Shown: positions 1 through 13,328, counted from the stretch's first letter. The stretch is DNA of 64,000 nucleotides from Guillardia theta CCMP2712 (GCF_000315625.1 NW_005434654.1:362997-426996), one strand, 5' to 3'. A program made the numbers and translations. Notes: generated from the sequence alone by a model not told the origin.

Positions 1-3000
1 CTTGCCCCTGTCGTCATCGTCTGGACCATCCTCCTCGCCCTCTACCTCCAGTCCTGCATCCGCAAGCTCTGCCAGCGTCTCCAGTTCCTCCTCTGCATCC
101 TCCTCGTCCTCGATGCCATCTTTCAGATCCCCATCTCCATCTTCTACGAGCAGAACAACCGCTTCCTCCCGGAGCCGCACGCCAGCTCCTACAACACCTC
201 AGGTGCCGTCGTCTACCACGACGTCTGCCTCAGCAACGCCACCGCCCTCTCGAGGATGGCGCAGGCAGCTGGGGTCAGCATATCCCGCGGCTCCGTCGCA
301 CTCTCCCCCATCGTTGCCTTCCTCGTCCTCCTGCTCCTCCAGTACCTCCTCCAGTCCGACTGGTACCAGACGCTGGAGGAGGAGGTGCTTGCCGAATCGA
401 AGTTCGCCCACCAGCGGGGGGACGAGTGGATCAGCGCGGAGAGAAGGAGGCGGGCTGCCGCCATCGCAGCCGGCCGGGCGGCGCTGAAGAGGAGCCGGCA
501 GAGGGTGCAGGAGCTTCGCTCCCTGATCTCGACGACTATGCGGGAAGCAGATCGGGGGAGCATGTTGTGGAACACAACACCTACGGGCCAGTCGACGATG
601 AAGTCAGCTGCCGCAAATTTCATCGAGACCCTGCAGAGGGAGTCATCCTCCGCCTTTACTGACGTGCCGGGGGAGAGGAATCAGTCGGACCAGTCGTCAA
701 GCTCGGAGGAGGAGGAGGAGAGGGGGAGGTCCTGGCTGTCGTTTCTGGCTCGTTGGATCCTCCTCCTCCTCCTGCGCATCTTTGACGTCTCAGAAGGTAA
801 AATCTTGTACTACCAGTCGAAGTCCTTTTGTTGCCCTCCTTCCTCCTCCTTTCTCCCTCCACCTTCCTCCTTCCTCCTTCCCCCTTCCCCCTTCCTCCTT
901 CCTCCTTCCCCCTTCCTCCTTCCTCCTTCCCCCTTCCTCCTTCCCTCTCCGTCTTCTCTCTCCCTCCTGTCCCTCGTTCCCTTGCTCCTTCCCTCCCTCC
1001 TCCCTCCTCCCTCTCCTCCTCTCGCTTACCATCACCCTGACACCATCGAGCAGGTCAGAGCGCGACCAAGAGGGAGCCGTCCCGCAGCCTCTCGCAGCTG
1101 TGGAGTGAAGTCTGTCAGAACTGCGCCGCCTGGTTCAGCACCCGCACCCACCTCACCTGCTACGCTGCTCTTGTGCTCTACCATGCTCTCCACTGCAACC
1201 CTGCCAGCAGCCTCCTCCTCCTCTTCACCCTGTGCATGGCGGCGCTGCAGGAGCCCTTCCCAGCTCGCTGGTACTGGAATGTTGCGATGCTCTACCTCTC
1301 AGCGCTCATCGCTCTCAAGACCTCCCTCCAGCTACTGCAGAGCAGGGTCTGCGAGGGGGGAGGAAGCAGCACGTGGGAATGCGACTTCTTCTTCCCTGCC
1401 TGGAGAGACTTCGCGGGCGAATGGAACAACTTGGGCTTCTTCGAGTTCGCTACCCTCCTCGTCCTCGTCGCTCATCGCGCCAACATGCAGCACCGCGGCT
1501 TGTAAGAACAACACCCTGTCTCCTCACTGCTGGCAGCTTGCCTTACATCCTCACCTAAAGTCTCCTCATGCTCTATCTTCTTCCCTTCTTCCCCCACCTC
1601 CTCTCCATCTCACCTCCTCCCTGTCTCCCTTCCTCTCCCTCCTTCTCTCCTTCTCACCTCCTCTCCGTCCCCTTCCTCTCCCTCCTCTCTCCATCTCTCG
1701 CCTTTCTCCTCTGTTCTTCTGCTCCGCTCTTGCTGCTGCTTCTTCTCAGTGCCTTGCAGGTGGCGAGATATTGGTCCAGACGATCTCAAACCAGATGAAG
1801 ATCAGCTGCGTGAAGAATCTCCGCAGGTGCGACGGCGATCCTCCTCCTCACCACCACCACTTTCTCCTCCTCACCACCACAACTTTCTCCTTCTCTATCC
1901 CTCCCTCCTTCATAGGTTTCAATCGCTCTCCTTATCGTTCTTGTTCGAGAACGTAATTGACCTAGTTGCGTTTGTTTTCCACTGCTTGCCTGCTCAATCC
2001 CCTCCCCCTCCCCTCCCTCCCCTCCCTCCCCTCCTCCCCTCCTCCCCTCCTCCCCTCCTCCCCTCCTCCCTCCTCCCTCCCTCCTCGTTGCTCATATCGT
2101 GATTGTCTCAACTTTTGCAGGAGAACGTCAAGGATGTCCCAGAAGGGCTCAACATCCTCGCCAGCAAGCCTCTGCGCCAGTCGCTCGCCCAGGGCAGCCT
2201 CCACTCTCCCGTCCCCTCCCCCGCCAAGAGCCGCAAGTCAGACAAGAGCCCTTCCGCCCGCACGGCCACCGACAGCGGCACGAAGAGCAAGGAGCGGAGC
2301 TCGTCCATGGTGTGGATCCCTGACCACTCGCTGGGGGAACGGGGTTGGCATCGACCTGTACATGCTGACCGTCTCCCCGGAGCTCCTCTCCCTCCTCGCA
2401 TTCTTCGTTGGCCTCGTCCTCTCCGGCTCCGGCTCCGACAGCAAGCTGCACACCGTGCTGCAAGGGAGCGTGGTGGACTGGCAGACGCTCAGCTGGGTAT
2501 TCCTTGCCTTCCTGCAATTCGTCCTCATCGTCCTGGACCGCGTCCTCTACCTCCGGAGGTCTATCAGGGTCAAGACGATCGTGCAGCTCGTTACCCTCCT
2601 CTTCTTCTTCTCCCTGCTCTTCATGCGCATGCGGCAGCCTTGGCTCACGGACAACTTCGCCTTCATCCTCATCCTCTACTTCTTCAAGTGCTGGTACTGG
2701 ATCGCGTCTGCTATCCAGATCAGGAGGGGATATCCCATCATGACAGGCGGCAACGTGTTCTTCCGTGACTTCTCTTTCGTCAACTTCGTCCTCTACATCG
2801 CCTACTCCGGCACTCCGTTCCTCCACGACATGAGGAGCATGCTCGACTGGACCTGCACAGCCACGACCCTCGACTTCTTCCAGTGGATGAGGATGGAGAA
2901 CATTTACGCCGTCCTCTTCCAGCGGGAAGTCACCCTGTCGTACAGGAGGAAGCTCGGGCGAGCCTTCGGCTTCGCTCAGCCATGGCAGATCAAGCTCTAC

Positions 3001-3505
3001 ACCGGCGTACTCTACTTCGCCGGCCTCGCCCTCGTCATCTGGGGCCCGCTGCTCGTCTCTGTGGTCTCCTCCAAGTATGCCTCCCCGAAGACTGTCCCCA
3101 TCATCGGGGTCAGCATGGAGATCTCGCTAGCAACCTCCATGGGCGACGTCTTCTCCCTCTCCTCCCTCTCCGCCTTCGAGCAAGTGCCTGTGCTCGTCTC
3201 CGACGATTGTCCCTCCGGCCCCTTCTATGACGTCACTTCCTGGCTTCCTCCTGAACCCCAGGACAGCGCCGTCCAGTCCCTCCAAGCAGAGTGCGTGATG
3301 AAGGACAGCTTCGCCAAGATCTTCATGTCCTCTGAGAGTGACGTGTGGCTGCCCACACCCAAGAGGAAGAAGCAGCTCATGGACGCCCTCGCGTCCAACG
3401 GCACCGCCATATCTCTCCTCGTCCAGGTCTCCTCCTCCTCCTCCTCCTCCTCATCATCATCATCATCATCATCATCATGATCATCTCTTCTTCTTCTTCT
3501 TCTTC

Positions 3506-3543
<38 letters not shown>

Positions 3544-5726
3544 TCTCGCTACCTCCTGACGCGCAACCTCCAGCTCGTCTACACGCGCAACACCAGCGGG
3601 ATAACGCAGAGCTCGGGGCAAGGGACGCAGTTTCAGACCTCAGTGATGCAGGAGCATCGTAGTACATCCCTCACCGACGCTGGTTGAACCTCCTACCTCT
3701 CCTTCCTGCTCTGTTTCTTTTCTTCCCTTGGATGCTTTCTCCTCCCATGCACTCCCTCCTTCACTTTCCTTCTTGCCCTGTTCCTCCTGACGTCCATTTC
3801 TCTCCTCTCTTCCTCTCCTTCCTCCTCCTCTCCCNNNNNNNNNNNNNNNNNNNNNNNNNNNNNNNNNNNNNNNNNNNNNNNNNNNNNNNNNNNNNNNNNN
3901 NNNNNNNNNNNNNNNNNNNNNNNNNNNNNNNNNNNNNNNNNNNNNNNNNNNNNNNNNNNNNNNNNNNNNNNNNNNNNNNNNNNNNNNNNNNNNNNNNNNN
4001 NNNNNNNNNNNNNNNNNNNNNNNNNNNNNNNNNNNNNNNNNNNNNNNNNNNNNNNNNNNNNNNNNNNNNNNNNNNNNNNNNNNNNNNNNNNNNNNNNNNN
4101 NNNNNNNNNNNNNNNNNNNNNNNNNNNNNNNNNNNNNNNNNNNNNNNNNNNNNNNNNNNNNNNNNNNNNNNNNNNNNNNNNNNNNNNNNNNNNNNNNNNN
4201 NNNNNNNNNNNNNNNNNNNNNNNNNNNNNNNNNNNNNNNNNNNNNNNNNNNNNNNNNNNNNNNNNNNNNNNNNNNNNNNNNNNNNNNNNNNNNNNNNNNN
4301 NNNNNNNNNNNNNNNNNNNNNNNNNNNNNNNNNNNNNNNNNNNNNNNNNNNNNNNNNNNNNNNNNNNNNNNNNNNNNNNNNNNNNNNNNNNNNNNNNNNN
4401 NNNNNNNNNNNNNNNNNNNNNNNNNNNNNNNNNNNNNNNNNNNNNNNNNNNNNNNNNNNNNNNNNNNNNNNNNNNNNNNNNNNNNNNNNNNNNNNNNNNN
4501 NNNNNNNNNNNNNNNNNNNNNNNNNNNNNNNNNNNNNNNTCCTCCTCCTCCTCCTCCCCCCCCCCCCCCCCCCCCACCCTCCTCTCCTCCCCCTCTTCCT
4601 CCTTCCCTCCTCTAACGTTCCCTCCTGCAGAGACCGACCAGCTGGAGGACATTCTCTTGAAAGGAGCAGGATCCCTCGTCCTCTCCAACGTCTTCTCCCC
4701 CTTCGTCAAGCTTCTCTCCGACGCCGCGTCTCCCCTCCGCTACGGAGAGACTAAGTGGCTGCAGGGAGTGAACCTCTCGCTCAGTCGCTCCTCCGAGGGC
4801 GGCAGCTCCTTCCAGTGGTGGTCCATCTGCTGCGATTCCTCCTCCTCCTACTGCAGACAGTCTGAGCAGGACGAGCCCTCCTGCGGCTCTATCTGGTTCC
4901 TTACAGCAAGCGAGCCTGCAAGCGGTCCGTTGGAGGAGAGGAGCAGGGGGGACAGAGGGGGGGTAAGGGAAAAGAGGGAGTAGAAGGAGGGAGGAGGAGG
5001 AGACGGAGACGAAGAGGGAGTGACTTGTGTGGGCAGGAGGAGTGTTCAGCAAGTTTGGACTCTCTCTCATCACCATCTACACCATCTTCGTCTTGTACAT
5101 TGGTAACGCAAGTCATGCTTCCTCCTACTTCCTCCTCTCCACTCCTCCTCCCTCCCCTCTCCCTCCTTCCCACCTTTCCTATCTCAGTCCCTCCTTCCTC
5201 CTTCCTCCCCTCTCTTCCTACCCGCCTCTTCCTTCCTCCCCTCTTGTCTCTTCTTCACTAGTCCTTTCTCCTTCCCCCGTTCGCTCCTCATGCTACTCAG
5301 GTCGGGTGGTCCGGGCGGCGAACTCGGGGGACGTGGTCTACACCATCTACACGGAGCTGCGAGACACCAGCAAGCTCTGGACCCTCAGCAACGACGTGTA
5401 CACGGCAAGGAACCATGGGGACCTTATGCTCGAGGAGGAGCTCTACTCCATGCTCATCGACATCTTCCGCAGCCCTGAGACTCTCATGCAGGTCCGGCGC
5501 GACCCGTCCGCTCCTCCCCCCTCCCTCCTCCTCTTCCTCCTCCCCTCCTCCCCTCCTCCTCTGTCTTGTCGCTAGCTGCTCGCTCCTTCTCTTCCTTGTC
5601 CCGCCCTCTCGCTCTTACTTTGCGGCATCTTCTCTTGCCCGGCTACTTTCGTCTTCCTCCTCGTCTCTGACGCTTGTTGGTCAGTTGAGCTCCGACGACA
5701 ACAGCGATGTGAATGCCGAGAGGTGA
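1..5726 (+). CDS. PIEZO: Piezo-type mechanosensitive ion channel, 3' part (multi-exon; 5' end lies outside the window; spans the N gap)
   Basis: Anchor motif PFLHDMRSMLDWTCTATTLDFFQWMRMENIY, then KLYTGVLYFAGLALVIWGPLL (outer helix), GLSLITIYTIFVLYIG (inner helix) and C-terminal ARNHGDLMLEEELYSMLIDIFRSPETLMQ, all typical of the Piezo C-terminus. Last exon ends ...DVNAER* at 5726. Confidence 0.92.
3835..4540. other. Assembly gap (N run) inside the Piezo gene
   Basis: Run of N flanked by CT-rich low-complexity intron sequence. Confidence 0.99.
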
Positions 5727-5947
5727 AAGCGAATGTCAAGGGAGTCTGTTTGTATTATAGAACACAAGTGCTATCACGTTATGCCTTATCTCATTCTTTG
5801 TAATGAATAATATGACCGCATCCTCTTCCTCGTCCCCCACGTCCGCTCTTCCTTGAAACGTTCTTCCTCCCTTCCCTCCCTTCCCTCCCTTCCCTCGTCT
5901 TCTCGTCCCTCCCTCCTCTTCTTCCTCCTCCCATTCCCTCCCCTCCT

Positions 5948-7955
5948 TCATTCCACATTCAAAGGTCCTCCAGCAGCCTTTCCCCCGTAATAGCGCCATC
6001 CAAGTCCAGCTGCTCGCATCACCTGCAGCACGACCAGTCCGCTCCAAACGCCGTCGATGCCTTCACCGGCGAGGAGCACGAGGAGGGAGGAGGCGGCAGC
6101 GACGAACATCGCCTTGGTGAGGAATGCGAAGTCCTCGCTGCCTTGCAGGATGCCATCCCCGACGAATACCAGCGCGTTGATCGGCTGCATGACGGAGATG
6201 TAGAGGAGGAGGTGCTGAACAATCTCGTCCACCTTGGCATCAGCAGTGAATACCTTGGGGAGGAAGCTGGAAGAAGCGAGGAAGGCGAGCATGAGCAAGA
6301 GACCGATCTGAGCTGCTAGGGTCGTCAGTCTGTCTGCGATAACTCGTGCATCCCGCTTGCTCCCCTTGCCCAGCTCCTCAGCGATCAGAGTCTGGGCCGC
6401 CACAGCCAGCGAGTCGACAGCGAAGGACATGAGGAGCCAAACTTGCAGGCCGACCTGATGAGCAGCAACTGCCTCCGTCCCTGTGCGAGCTGCTTGACTA
6501 GTAGCGAAGGTCAAAACCTGCGCGATGGAGCGAAAGTGAGACTGGGGATTGACATCGCTCCTTGAACCTTCTGCCAACTCCTTCCTCCTCCGTCTCCTCC
6601 ACCTCAACTTCCCTCTACTCCTCCTCACCGATTGTAAAGCAATAGATCTCAGAAACACTGCTCCGCTTGCCACCAGCAGCGGCTTCACCTCCTCCAAGGG
6701 CACCAGGTTGTTCATGACTCGAACTCCCTTGCTCACCTGCACGTCCGCTAGTCAGCACCATCCACATGCTCGTCTCTGCCATGAAGACGGCTAGCTGGCA
6801 TCGACATGAGGGAGCTCGTTACCGCTTCACGTTGGCGCAGCGTTCCCATGAAGAGCCCAGCTGAAATCCACTCGGCGATGGCAGTGGCAAGCCCGGCGCC
6901 CTGTGATAGGTTCGCAACGGCAGCTCCTCCTCTCGCATGCTCCCCCCCCCAGCCCCCCCCCCCCCCCCAAAAAAACCACCCCCACCACACACACACACCT
7001 CGACTCCCATCGGCTGAACGATGTCGACTGAGTTGATGTTCACCCCATAGATGAAGAGAGGGTCCAGCACGAAGTTGACCAGGTTGGCCACCAACAAGAT
7101 CAGCAGAGGAGTCCTGGTATCCTGCAGCCCTCGGAAAGCTCCATTGCCAACTGAGGAGAGCTGCGGCATGCAAGAGCTCGATCAGACGTCGACAACATGG
7201 GTCTCAACACGGCAAACTTCACCAAGACAGCAGGAGCGGCAAGGGCTCGGATCCTGAGGTAACCCTCGGCGGACGCGAAGGCGTCGGGACTCGTTCCCAT
7301 ACTCTCTATGATGCCGTGCGAGAAGAACTCGAGTAGGCCCACAGTGCTAACACCCAACAGCGCTGCTGCCGTCAGCGCCTGCGCCAGCGTCTCGGCAGCC
7401 TCCTCCTTCTCCCCAGCCGCCAGCGCCCGTGAGATAAGGGGAGTGGTTGCAGTCGCAAAGAAGTTGAAGATGAAAAAAGCTGGAAAACACAGCAACTCAC
7501 ATTATGAGATCGTCGTCTACATCGTCACTCCTACCATAGTTGAAGATGGAAGAACAAACGCCAAGAGCAGCAAGGGGAGAAGGTGATGGAATTCTACCAA
7601 GATACAGAGTGTCCACCAGGCCGAGAAGCGGGTCGATGGCCAAGGAACCAAGTGCTGGGATCGCGAGAGAGAAGATGCGGTTGTCGATATCAGCCCTGTC
7701 TGTCTGCTGACACATGCTCGGAGCTTGCCACTTCGGTCGGCAGCTTGCTTCCCGCGAAGTCAATGCAGAAGAGGGGTACCTCCCCTTCAATGGGGAGACC
7801 CTCGAACCTCCCAGTCGCTTCCCTTGATCCAGCAGCCAGCTCTCTCTCATCGGCATTGTTTGCCAGCATGTCGGCATCCCCTCTGTCGCCGCTGCCATCG
7901 CCGCTACAGCCAGGAGCGTCGTCCTGCTGCTCACCATGGCAGGAATCGTTTGCAT
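5948..7955 (-). CDS. MATE (DinF-like) efflux transporter with N-terminal signal/transit-like leader (multi-exon)
   Basis: IFSLAIPALGSLAIDPLLGLVDTLYLGR, FNFFATATTPLISRA, GAFRGLQDTRTPL, NFVLDPLFIYG, AAHQVGLQVW, VDSLAVAAQTLIA and QPINALVFVGDGILQG are DinF/MATE motifs. Start codon (7955 or 7937) is uncertain. Confidence 0.9.
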
Positions 7956-8167
7956 GTACCTCATGACCCATAGGGTTCTATTCAGAACAAGTGGGGTGGT
8001 AAGTAGCAAAGAAGACAGGGTGAAGGGGGGGTGGGGGTGAACCCAAGAAAATCCCGAACCAACACCATCCCTACCCCCCGATTCCACACAAAACTACCCA
8101 TCACAATTACCCCACCCCTCATGGATAGTCAAAAATACCCCTCATGGTAACACCCCAGTGTACTGCC

Positions 8168-9824
8168 ATGGGGCCGTCGTGGATGCTGGTAGCTGTTGTG
8201 CTGAACTCGTATGCAGTTCGAGGAGGAAGTGCCTTCCTCTCTCCCTCCCTCCTCTCTCCGGTTGGTCCAACTGGATCCCTCTCCCTGAGACGGGCATGCA
8301 CGACCCAAGCACCCCCCCTTCGCCCGACTCATAAGTCCTTGTTGGTGTGCTCTAGTCAGGAGCAGAGCACGGCTGCTGCGATTTCAAGGAGATCTTTTCT
8401 TGCCGGCTTGATCATTGCAGCGCCTACGAGCCAAGGCTTCTTCTCGTATGCATTTGCTGAGAATGAAGGTGGATATCTAATATTCAAATGTTCCGATAGT
8501 GACCCCAGTGAATAGATCAAGCTTCAAAAGTCCTGTGCGATCAGGCTATCAGTAAGCTTGTGAATCCGCAGACGAAGCAAGAAGTATACATTGTGGGGAC
8601 CGCTCATATCTCAGAAATCAGTGCTGATCTCGTAAAGAATGTCATAACTCTTGTGAAACCGGACACTATCATGGTGGAGCTCGATGAAAGTCGCCTCCGC
8701 AGGTGTGCTGTCGTTGTCTCAATGTAGCTGTGTGTGCCATCTGACTCATTCCGGCTCTCTAGGAGTGCAGGCAACAGGGAGGGACCAAAGTCAGTCTGGG
8801 ATGTCATCTGGGGCCAGTGGAAGCGATCCGACTTGAGCTTAGGTAATTCAAACCATTCTTCAACCCTACAACCCAAAGGCTAGGAAACTCTGACGACCTC
8901 GAAACCCAACTTCTCCAAACATCGTGTATGTGCTGATATGTTCCCCCAAAGGCGACAAGATACACAATGTCGAGGCCGGGATCATCGGGGTAGCCATCGG
9001 GTCGCTCTATCAGAAATTGAACAAGATGGGCTTCAGCAGCGGTAAAGAGTTTGCAACGGCGATCAGCGAGGCGAAGGTGATTGAATCATCTACTATGGAG
9101 AGGTGCTCACAACCCTGTCTGAAGGCCTTGAATGCGAACCTCGTCTTGGGCGATCGCCCGGTGAACGAGACGTTGATTCGCCTGCAGCAGTCGATCGACA
9201 AGACGGGGTGGAGCCAGGTGCAGGCGTTTGCCAGGTCGTACCATTTGTTATGCCGGAGACTGCATGGTCTGAAAGAAGTTCCAGTTCGCAATCTTTGCTT
9301 CCTGAAGCCTCTGCGTTGAGCAAGACGATGGAATCCGAATTTGTAACATTGCTTGTCGTGTTCGATGGTTTCCAACTCAATCTATGTGTTAGGACAAGGG
9401 TGACAAGGGTGACAATGCTGCCATTGCAAATACTATTGAGGTAAGAGACACTGAATTTCTACATGCTGGATCGAGCTCGCTGCAATCTGACTTCACTCCC
9501 GGCCAGATGTTGAAGGAAAGGAGGACTGTACGGGGCATCATGCAGGTCAGAGGAGTATTGAGGATCTCTTATGATGACAATCAGTGCAGACTTTGAAAGA
9601 GAACTTGCCTGAAGTGTACACGGCTCTCATAGGAGAAAGAGACCAGTACATGGCCAACTCACTCTTGAAAGCGAATGGCAGGACGACAGTCGCTGTGGTT
9701 GGAATGGTATGAGAGCTTCCATTCTCACGCTTGAGTGTAAACATTTGACTATCAGGCTCACATGGATGGTATAGAGGCACATCTACCAGGCTTCGTCCCA
9801 ACTACCTGTGATGTTCGGCCTTGA
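8168..9824 (+). CDS. TraB/PrgY-family (TIKI/TraB superfamily) protein with signal peptide, plastid transit peptide and Tat lumen signal (multi-exon)
   Basis: YIVGTAHISEISADLVKNVITLVKPDTIMVELDESR, GKEFATAI, LVLGDRPVNETL, LIGERDQYMANSL and VAVVGM|AHMDGI are TraB-family motifs. Leader is MGPSWMLVAVVLNSYAVRGGSA-F...SRRSFL...AFA. Confidence 0.85.
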
Positions 9825-10082
9825 GAACTTGCTCCATATGGTTTCGCGGCTGTCTCCTTTGCACTAGAGTGCCAGGAATCTCTGCTTTCATGGTAGATCA
9901 CCTCGTTGTAATGTAATATGGATTGAATAGAAGAGCGGATCATCATGCTTGAGCGTTTTGAATCTCGGGATTGGGGTTTTCTATGGGCTTGAGGGAACGA
10001 AAACGGACCCACGCCATGTCCTGCGTGAGAGCGGGAAAAAAAGAACTTGGGAGAAATGATCACTGATGTCGACGATGATCAT

Positions 10083-10852
10083 TCAGTTGCTGTGCCCACG
10101 ACAGACCCACCGCATATCAGCGTTGCGCTCCAACAACGTCAACTCGCTCGCACTCCTCCAGGTGCACTGGCAAGCGTAAGCGCAAAAACCTGATTGGTTG
10201 CTCGTCAGTGATGTGATGGAGCACAGCAAAGAAGGATGGCAGCACCTGATCTTGCCTTGAGCTTCTGCTTGAGCTTGTCGACATCTGGGTAGAAGTTTCG
10301 AAAGAAGAGATACTCGCAGTCGCTGTGCCACGTCATATCCTTGATGCGCAGGACATCGAAATCGCACTTGGTGCATCGTAATCTGTCGCACGCCCTCCCC
10401 GGGGAGGAGCCAGTCTCATCCTTACTACCTCCCAAGTAAATCGCAACACACTTCCTCGTTCCGCCTGCGGATGTTTGTGACGGATCCGACTGGTTGGACT
10501 CGTTGGAATTCGTTGACGTAGCCGCCTGCTGCTCAGCAGCAACAGCCTTTGAGCCCCCTCCCAGGTCAAGATCTCTCTCCAGGTCATCAAGTAGCTCGTC
10601 TATCCCAGACTTTGTGGGCTGAGAAGTTGAAGCCGAAGCGTTCCTCGAGCGAGACGAGGGTTCCTGAACTCCATTTGAAACCGAATGCGACAGGTCGGAC
10701 AGAAAGGATCGGCCCGAGGAGAGGTCTGGAGAGAGTGGGTCAGGGTCATAGGAGGAAGAGACAGGCTTGGCTTGGCTTGGAGGAGCACGAGAGGGAGGAG
10801 GGGAGGAGACGTCGATCTCCAGGTCCCTCAGCAGGCTGTCCAAGTCCGCCAT
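10083..10852 (-). CDS. CFAP418: Cilia/flagella-associated protein 418 (C8orf37, retinal-maintenance domain); 2 exons
   Basis: N-terminal MADLDSLL, then KCVAIYLGGS...RACDRLRCTKCDFDV...W..DCEYLFFRNFYPD..KL...G|FCAYACQCTWRS...RWVCRGH, matching the C8orf37 pattern. Confidence 0.88.
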
Positions 10853-11371
10853 TGCGCTCGACCTGAAGGGGGTTGGTGGTTTCCGGTTCGCTATGGGGGT
10901 GATACTATGCTGGGGTAGGTCCTATGACCCCAATACAGCACCATGTAAGCATATGGTAGGGTACTTGTTGGTCATCGATGGGGGTGAGTATAATGATTCG
11001 TCTAAGGTGAGGGGTAGGGTCTTTGAGGAATCGAGAGGGTGGTGGTAGAAGGGGTCCTCATTCCCATTGTGTACTACGGGTATTGTTGGGAGTATTTATT
11101 AGGGGTGGGTAGAAGAACGAGGAAGAAGGGGTACTCAAGTGCCCAGGGTCATCCCATCGAGTGTGATTGTAAGAGAGGTGGGTGGGTGTGATATTTCTGT
11201 GGTAGGGGTATTTACACTATGACCGTGCTACCCTGTATAATCCAGGTAAAATACCCCCTCCTTAAAATACAGAAGGGGTACTGTCATTATGTGGTGGGCA
11301 CTGGTTTGTCACATGGGGGTGGCAGAGAGGTGTGGAGGTTACATCCGTTACTTGCGAAGAGGCGCGGGAGG

Positions 11372-13328
11372 ATGGCGGCGACGCCGATGAACCCGCCATC
11401 GCAGAACCAGGTATGCAGGAGGCGCCATCATGTCAATGCTCTCTTTCCTGCTTCTCATCAGTTTGATCTCTCCTGATCATGCTCCCCTTGTTGTCTATCT
11501 CTTCTTCTCCTCAGATGTAATTCATGAAATCACTGCTGTGTCAAGCTCTTGTCGTGTGTTTGGGTCGCACACCGTCACTTTGGGCTTTGAGCGTCACAGA
11601 ATTGCTTGTCTTTGCCGGCAATCATTTATCCCTTATGATTTCCCTGTCAAATTCTAAATCATGTTGTCCAACCTGTGTCCTGTGCTACACGAACTCGATG
11701 TTTTGCTTTACTTGCAGTCATCATATTCGGGAATCCTCCACGTTGCTTGTGTACACCAGTTCTGTTCCACTGATTTCATTTTTTTCTTCGTGTTTGAATG
11801 TTGTCCATATGATTCGATCTCGACCACTAATGTCTGACGTTTGGTCCCTCGACAGTTCTTCGGAGCGCTGGCAGTGGCAGCTCTCGTCTTGGTTTGCACT
11901 GCGGTGGTCATGACGGAGAGACCTGTCTGGATGGTTGGACAGGTGAGAGACAAAAAGCACAAAGCGTCCATAAAGCATCTCCACATTCTCTCAAGACGGA
12001 GTCTCATTGCCTTGACACCGTCTACAGGAACCGCCTCTCGGAATTCTGCGTCCATTTACTGCGCCCGCGCCCAGCGAGCCTGTTTACACTGCGGAGCAGC
12101 TGAGGGAGATGGCAACGCAGGGTAAGATGAGACTTGTGCTCGTCTGTGTTCGTTGTATTGATGCAATGTGATGAAACGTAGGTTTGAGCCCATCTGCTGC
12201 CCAAAAATCCATCAAGCTGCAAAGCCTTGCTGAGCACGAAAGGTGCCTTGCAAGGAGCAAGTGTGATACCACCTGCCGCTAATCCATTCTTGTCCTGTCT
12301 AGTGATGAGAAAGAGGCGATTGAGGAAGCTGAGGAGAAGGCATCTGCCGCTGCCTCGCAGAAGGAAGCCAAGTTCGCGCACGGTGACGATGAGTACGCGG
12401 AAGTAGAGAACGCGCCAGGACCTCTGTGAGAGATCTTAATCTGCATGTATGTGGACACTTATGCTGATGTCAGGTACCCCCCTACACATGGAGGACAAGA
12501 CTTGGATGTCCTTCAGTTTGGTGACTACCCCGCGGACTACGGCTCTCACACCTCCGCGCGACTCCAGAAGCAGGACACCATTGTACCTGTGAACATGGTG
12601 CAAATGTCGATGTGAGTTGGATTGTACCAGTGCATGCTGCCTGCTGTCTGATCTTGAGTGGATTGGTGTTACTTTACTTCCTGCCCCTTGAGCAACGAGT
12701 TCCTGTGCTCCTGTACAAATCCTCACTTGAAAACGGGGCATCCAACCTTGGCTGACGCTACCATGTCAGGTACCCAGTCATCGGGCCAGCAGGAATGCAA
12801 GATGCAGCTGGTATGAGCGATCATGAGACAGGGACACCTGGAAAGCCCATCACCGCAAACCTCTTGTTCGGTGAGTCTCGCGACTACCATGGGTCAAGGA
12901 TTAACTTCATTTTGCAGGCAAGACGTTGCGAACGAATGGCTTGGGGGATGGGGTTTACGTTGAAACCGTTGCTGGAGGCTTAGGAGCAAACTCAGAGCCG
13001 CCCATTGACCGCATGTTCGATCAATTAACGTCAGACAAGGGCGAGGAGGACGATGGAACACTCTCAACAGTGCTTCTCTGGTCGGCAGTGTTGATGGTGC
13101 TCATTGGAGGCATCGTTCTGATAGGATACAACTTGCTTCCTGCAGGATCATTTTCACGTGCTTGGAGGGGGTAAGATTTCATGCTGCATGCTGCCTCCTA
13201 TTCTGACATATCAACGCAGGGATGATGGTTTAGATCCCGACAACGTGGAGGCGGGCAAGTGGACAAGAGCGACCTACGACCCTCCCGTTCAAGGGTTAGG
13301 GTACACTACACCCATGCGAAGCATGTAG
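11372..13328 (+). CDS. Hypothetical membrane protein (N-terminal and C-terminal hydrophobic segments; multi-exon)
   Basis: ATG exon MAATPMNPPSQNQ|GT, TM-like FFGALAVAALVLVCTAVVM, second TM VLLWSAVLMVLIGGIVLIGY, and a chain of short GT-AG exons ending ...TPMRSM*. No recognisable domain. Confidence 0.6.

Noticed and set aside
3684-4754. ORFs spanning the N run
   Set aside because: Artefacts of the assembly gap.
8216-8227. VRGG in the TraB leader as a second LRGG-type site
   Set aside because: It lies inside the signal peptide c-region before SA|F rather than at a mature-domain junction.
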